Below the pieces are notes generated by a model, which was not told the origin of the DNA, did no database searches, and saw only the letters and a list, made by a program, of their open reading frames with translations. A stretch of 64,000 bases of DNA from positions 376,432 to 440,431 of the forward strand of contig JBNZDD010013458.1 in the NCBI GenBank assembly GCA_050575255.1, written 5' to 3'. The translations under genes and the position numbers were made by a program. Numbering within the stretch: the stretch's first letter is position 1; each line of letters opens with the position of its first letter. Source of the DNA: Harriotta raleighana (lineage: Eukaryota). This document shows, piece after piece, positions 59,470-64,000 of the stretch.

Positions 59470-60256
59470 CTGGCAGCATCAACCTCCATGGTTTCTCACT
59501 CGACCTCACCAAGCCAGTCAGGAACCTAGGTGTCTTGTTCGATCCTCAACTGCCCTTTTCCTTCACATCCAAGTAATATCTGGTTCTGCCTTTCCCCATC
59601 TCCGCAACATTGGCTGACTCCGCCATTACCAAGGCCGCTTGAAACCCTCATTCATGCCTTCATTACATCCTGGCTTGACTATGCAAATGCCGGCCTGTCG
59701 GCCTTCTCAATTCCTCCCTCCACAAGTTGCAGATGATCCAGAACTGTGTGGCCCGTGTCCTCTACTGCTCCAAGCTCCGTGACCCTATCTCCCCCTTCCT
59801 TGCTCGACTTCATTGGCTTCCCATCCTCCAGAGGATCAAATTCAAGATCCTGGCCCTCACATTTAAAGCCCTCCACAACCTCGCCCCACCCTACATCCAT
59901 AACCTTATAACCCCCTACCAATCTGCCCTCCCACCCCACAGGTTCTGGCCTGCTCCACGTCCCCCAACCCACCCACCCGACCATTGGTGGACAAGCCTTT
60001 AGCTACTCTGCCCCCAACTCTGGAATGCCTCCGTCCCGCAGTACCTCCATATCAGCCCCTCGCTGGCCTCCTTCAAGTCTCACCTCAAGACTTTCCTCTT
60101 CGATGGTCCCATTGGCAACTCCTAATCCCCTCTTCCCTCCCCACACCACCCTCCCTATCCCCAGCTCAGGTCTGAAACAGTGACTTGAAGGAGGCCAGCA
60201 TCTTGCGACATCCTCCTGAAGTAAAAGGTGCTATAAAGTGTAATTTTGTTGTTGTT
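59470..60256 (+). mobile_element. L2 LINE 3' fragment
   Basis: LETLIHAFITSWLDYANA, QNCVARVL...[18 protein letters not shown]; (TTG)n tail. Confidence 0.9.
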
Positions 60257-61704
60257 GGTTTAGGGGAGCATTTATGTTGAATTGGATTAGTGAATGGAAA
60301 GCGATAGGCTCCAATATTTGGACAGTGTTTTACTTTTAGCATCTGTCATGATCAAAAGTGATGCTGCAATACACATTAGGTACAGGGTGGTGAAATGTTT
60401 TGGAAGATATTTTGTAGAAAACAGAGAAATATTGATTTTTTTTCATAATGGTTACCACTTCAAACAAGTTTCACTCTGCTTTATCACAGCAACTAATTTA
60501 CAAAGGGGCTCCTGTTGGCGAGACACAAGATAAACGCCATATATTACAAAAAATTGCAAAAACATAGCCTTATCTTTTAAGCAAATACAAATTCACAGAT
60601 AAGAGTGGGAAGGCTCAGTTCAAGGAATATTTAATTTCAAAAGGTATAGGTTACAAAATGAAGGGCTGTCTTGAAATAACACTTGGCAGAATCCCGTTTA
60701 GGTATGCTATTCTTTAAAGACTTTCTACAAACAGAGTTTAAATTACAGCATTCTGCTTTCCCACCATCTCGGCTGCCTGCTTTTAATGGAATGGTTTTAT
60801 TTGTTGGGTGGGAGTTGAACCATCCATCTTACAGAAACAAGAGGCCACACTTTAATCAATATGATGGACATTAATCTCATTTTATTCTGTGTTATGTTGA
60901 AGAGCAGCCTTGGTTTCTCTTTCTTATTCTGCAATCAGATCTATATTTTGTACCTACTGAAGAGGAAGAGTTGAATTTGGGCTGTACCTTTGGAAATTCA
61001 TCTGGATAAAAGATCCCAGGACCACATTGGGATCAGCAGCAGAGGAGCATGGATCCACAACATTCAGTGAGTTGCCTCATCTTGGTAATTCAACAACCTT
61101 TAGATCTCGCTTCTCAGGACCAGCGAGTTGAGTTTGAGTTGGGAGAGGGATCTGCTAAACACTGTAGTGTTGTGCTTGAGTTCCCACTAGTTACCTGGGA
61201 TTCTGAGTTGCTTTGTACAATGTAGCAATTTACAAACTATCTACTGTTATTGTCAGTTGTACGCCTGTGATTTCACACATGCAGCTTGAAGTGTCCCCTT
61301 TTTCTAGGTGTGAGTTGATTTTCTATAGTTGACTAAGCAAGTTTCTCATCTCCTGTCTTGGTCAGTATGAAGGCTTTCTTGTTTGAGTGTCTCGATCCTT
61401 ATTCCAGATGCTTTTGGTTTTGGAGGACTTGACTCATCTTGGCAGAATTTGCATAAAACTCTGTTGCCCTCTGAGTTTTTCACACTCTCTGACGAGAGAT
61501 TAATCCCCATGTTCTATTAGGTTAGATTCGACCACAGGGAGATTAAAAATCTGTGTGCCTAATAGATCATGAAAAGGCATGGTGGAATGCATCTCAGGGA
61601 GATGTAAAGCGTGTCCATTCACTTGATCTGATGTAACAAAGACATGTCAAGTCTCCCTATGCTGCTCCCTTAAAATAATTGTCACTAAATGTTCATCTGA
61701 GATT

Positions 61705-61822
61705 AATATTAATAATCCTTGCATTTAATATAACACCTTATCACATCTTTCAGCCTTTGCAAAGTGTTTCACAGAATATACTGCAAAGTGAATTGACTGT
61801 ATATTTTGTGGGCAAAACACAA
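61705..61822 (-). mobile_element. SINE 3' fragment
   Basis: Reverse complement of the SINE tail. Confidence 0.75.
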
Positions 61823-64000
61823 CTCCTTTTGCACCATGACCCTTTTGATCCCAGTCAGTTTTCCAGCAACTTGGTGTTATTAAGACTTTAGTTTTTCATC
61901 TTTTCCATTGCCTGTTTTTAATTGGGAGGAAATGTAACAAGACTCCTTCTTTTAAAATGTTAATAGGAATCTTGACATGGTGCTGAGGAGATGCTATTGT
62001 TAACCGGAGCTGGGTAATATATTTTTGTAAATCAACAGAAAGATATCTGCCAGAACTTGATGAATTCTCTAAAAGAATCCCAAAAATGATAGATTAAAAC
62101 AATTAAACAACTTGCCAGAGCCCTGCTACTGCTCAAGTGCAGGCCAAAGCCTCTCAGATTACTTTGCAGAGATTGCTCCTGATGACCCCACTGGCCTCTC
62201 AAATGACAGCCATCCTGCTCCAGGCAGCATTTCTCTGGCTTCTTATTGATTCTAATAGTCTTAATAGAGAAAATAGGCTGGGACGTTCAAGCCAATCAGT
62301 CTGCAATCAGTCTCTGGGTCTCCCCAGCTGGAGCCAAGCAGCAAGCCTTGGTAAACAGTCAGGAGACTGTAAACAGACCATCGGAGCCTGGAAAGTTTAA
62401 CAGATCCCATCCTGTGCAGTCTGGTAGAGATGCCTCTTCCCTGTGCTCAGTAACTGCTGTATCATATTAATACCACTCTAACTGACAACCACATAAAACA
62501 GTATCTAATTGCTCCCACTTATCTGTCCCATCACTCACCAATTTTCCCCCAGAAATCCTTTTAACCCCTCACCCTTACCTCTAGAAACTCTGCTTCCTCT
62601 TCATTATATTAAGGATGGAATCTCTCATTTGGGGATTAATGTCTTAATCAATTCAAATGGAATACAGCCAATATGTAGGGTAAGACGATAATATTAGTTT
62701 CTATACTATATATTAGCTTCTATACTGTATATATGCCAAAAAGATAAACATCAAGTGTAACTGAATTAAATACATTTGAAGATGTGGCTAAAAGTTCTGT
62801 AGCCTCCTCTATCACCAGCCTATTCTGTCCCAGAGTTTCCATTTGTCTACATCCAATCACACAGGATATTATTCAACTTCACTCCAGAGGTTTGACCTGA
62901 CATTAGCAGAAATTAACACAGTTTCTCCAATGGGCACTTTTGGCACAAATAATGTTTAATCAAATGGGGAAGGATAGTGATGGTGGTCAGATGGACCAAG
63001 TGCAGTAAACCTCATGTAAACATGGCAAAAAGTAAACTAACCAAACACAAGGATTATTATAATATTGTAACAAAACTGCAATTGAAGTACCAAAGGCATC
63101 CATACTGAACAGTTTTCATTCCAAGTTCCAAATGACAGTTTCATAGCTTACACCCATAGTTCTACTCAGCCATTTCATTTTTGTTAGTGTATTCAATCTG
63201 TTGGATTAAAATGATTGAATACTCCTTCTTCCATTTGTAGATTCTAATGATCATTTTATACTAGTCTATTGGAAGTAATGGAAGCAAAGCATGCAACAAT
63301 TATTCCAGTTGTATAGTTATTGAGAGAGAGACATTTATATTTATTCAGTCTGGTTGTGGGACTGAGAATAAGCACAATTAGGCACAGTATTGAGCTGGAA
63401 ATGGAAATTAGTTTTCTGATAATGTGAAGCATTTTTAAGAGCAATCAATGAACCACCCAAAACTTTTCAACTCAGATTTTTAAATATAAAGTGCTGGAAT
63501 CATGTAGTACAGACATGAAAGGTGCTCCAAAATAATATTGTTGTAGTACAACCAGATTCATGCTGAGGCTGATGGTGTCAAACCATTCTTGGTTGAAAAT
63601 CTATGCCCAGAAACTGTATTTATGCTGCACTGTGTAAATGGGGGCTAAATTGAGCCTCAGTCAGAACGTTTGTTATATGGCTTCACCACACTTTTGGTTG
63701 GCAGTGACTGTGTTCCAAGTTCTACACACCTTCCAGAAAAGTTTGTCTTTTTTTTCCAGATATTGAAACGAACCAACAACTTTCCCTGGGACTCCCAATT
63801 GTACAGAATGTCATTTTCTCATCACATCTAGCCTCACCATTTCTTGGTTTTCTTTTGTGAAATTCAAGGAGTCTTTTATGACTGGAGCACCACAGCTCAA
63901 AACCCTCCAATCTGCCTAATTCCACATTCAAGGGCAAGACTTTATAATTGCCACTGACTTTGTCTTTTAACATTTATTGTTTTTTTATTATTTATTCCAA

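Noticed and set aside
60300-64000. Exons of the expected next gene (ILKAP in human)
   Set aside because: I could not identify any PP2C-like coding sequence on either strand in this window

Overview
Vertebrate genomic DNA, almost certainly from a cartilaginous fish (the repeat content points to a holocephalan such as elephant shark; this is an inference). Two spliced genes lie on the + strand. KLHL30 has 7 coding exons (877-9445, 586 aa, BTB-BACK-Kelch). Erythroferrone/ERFE (FAM132B, CTRP15) has 8 coding exons (20566-52285, 320 aa: signal peptide, DPHDTWLLFV motif, short collagen, C1q/TNF-like domain) and a 19.6 kb first intron. All junctions are GT-AG and phase-consistent, and the gene order matches human 2q37.3. 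The rest is dense with repeats: tRNA-derived Deu-type SINEs, L2 and CR1 LINE fragments, Tigger-like MITEs, Penelope termini with hammerhead ribozyme cores, AmnSINE2-like fossils and Harbinger remnants. The most notable observations are: (1) a 35 x 33-bp minisatellite with one GATA site per unit in ERFE intron 1; (2) an apparently chimeric retroelement with an L1-like ORF2 end, duplicated Deu core and L2-type (TTGA)n tail, present twice, both times inside a CR1 3' end and both times carrying DNA matching the nearby flank. A 1.1 kb perfect tandem duplication split by a single N is an assembly artefact. Repeat-family names come from recalled consensus sequences and need RepeatMasker/Dfam confirmation.
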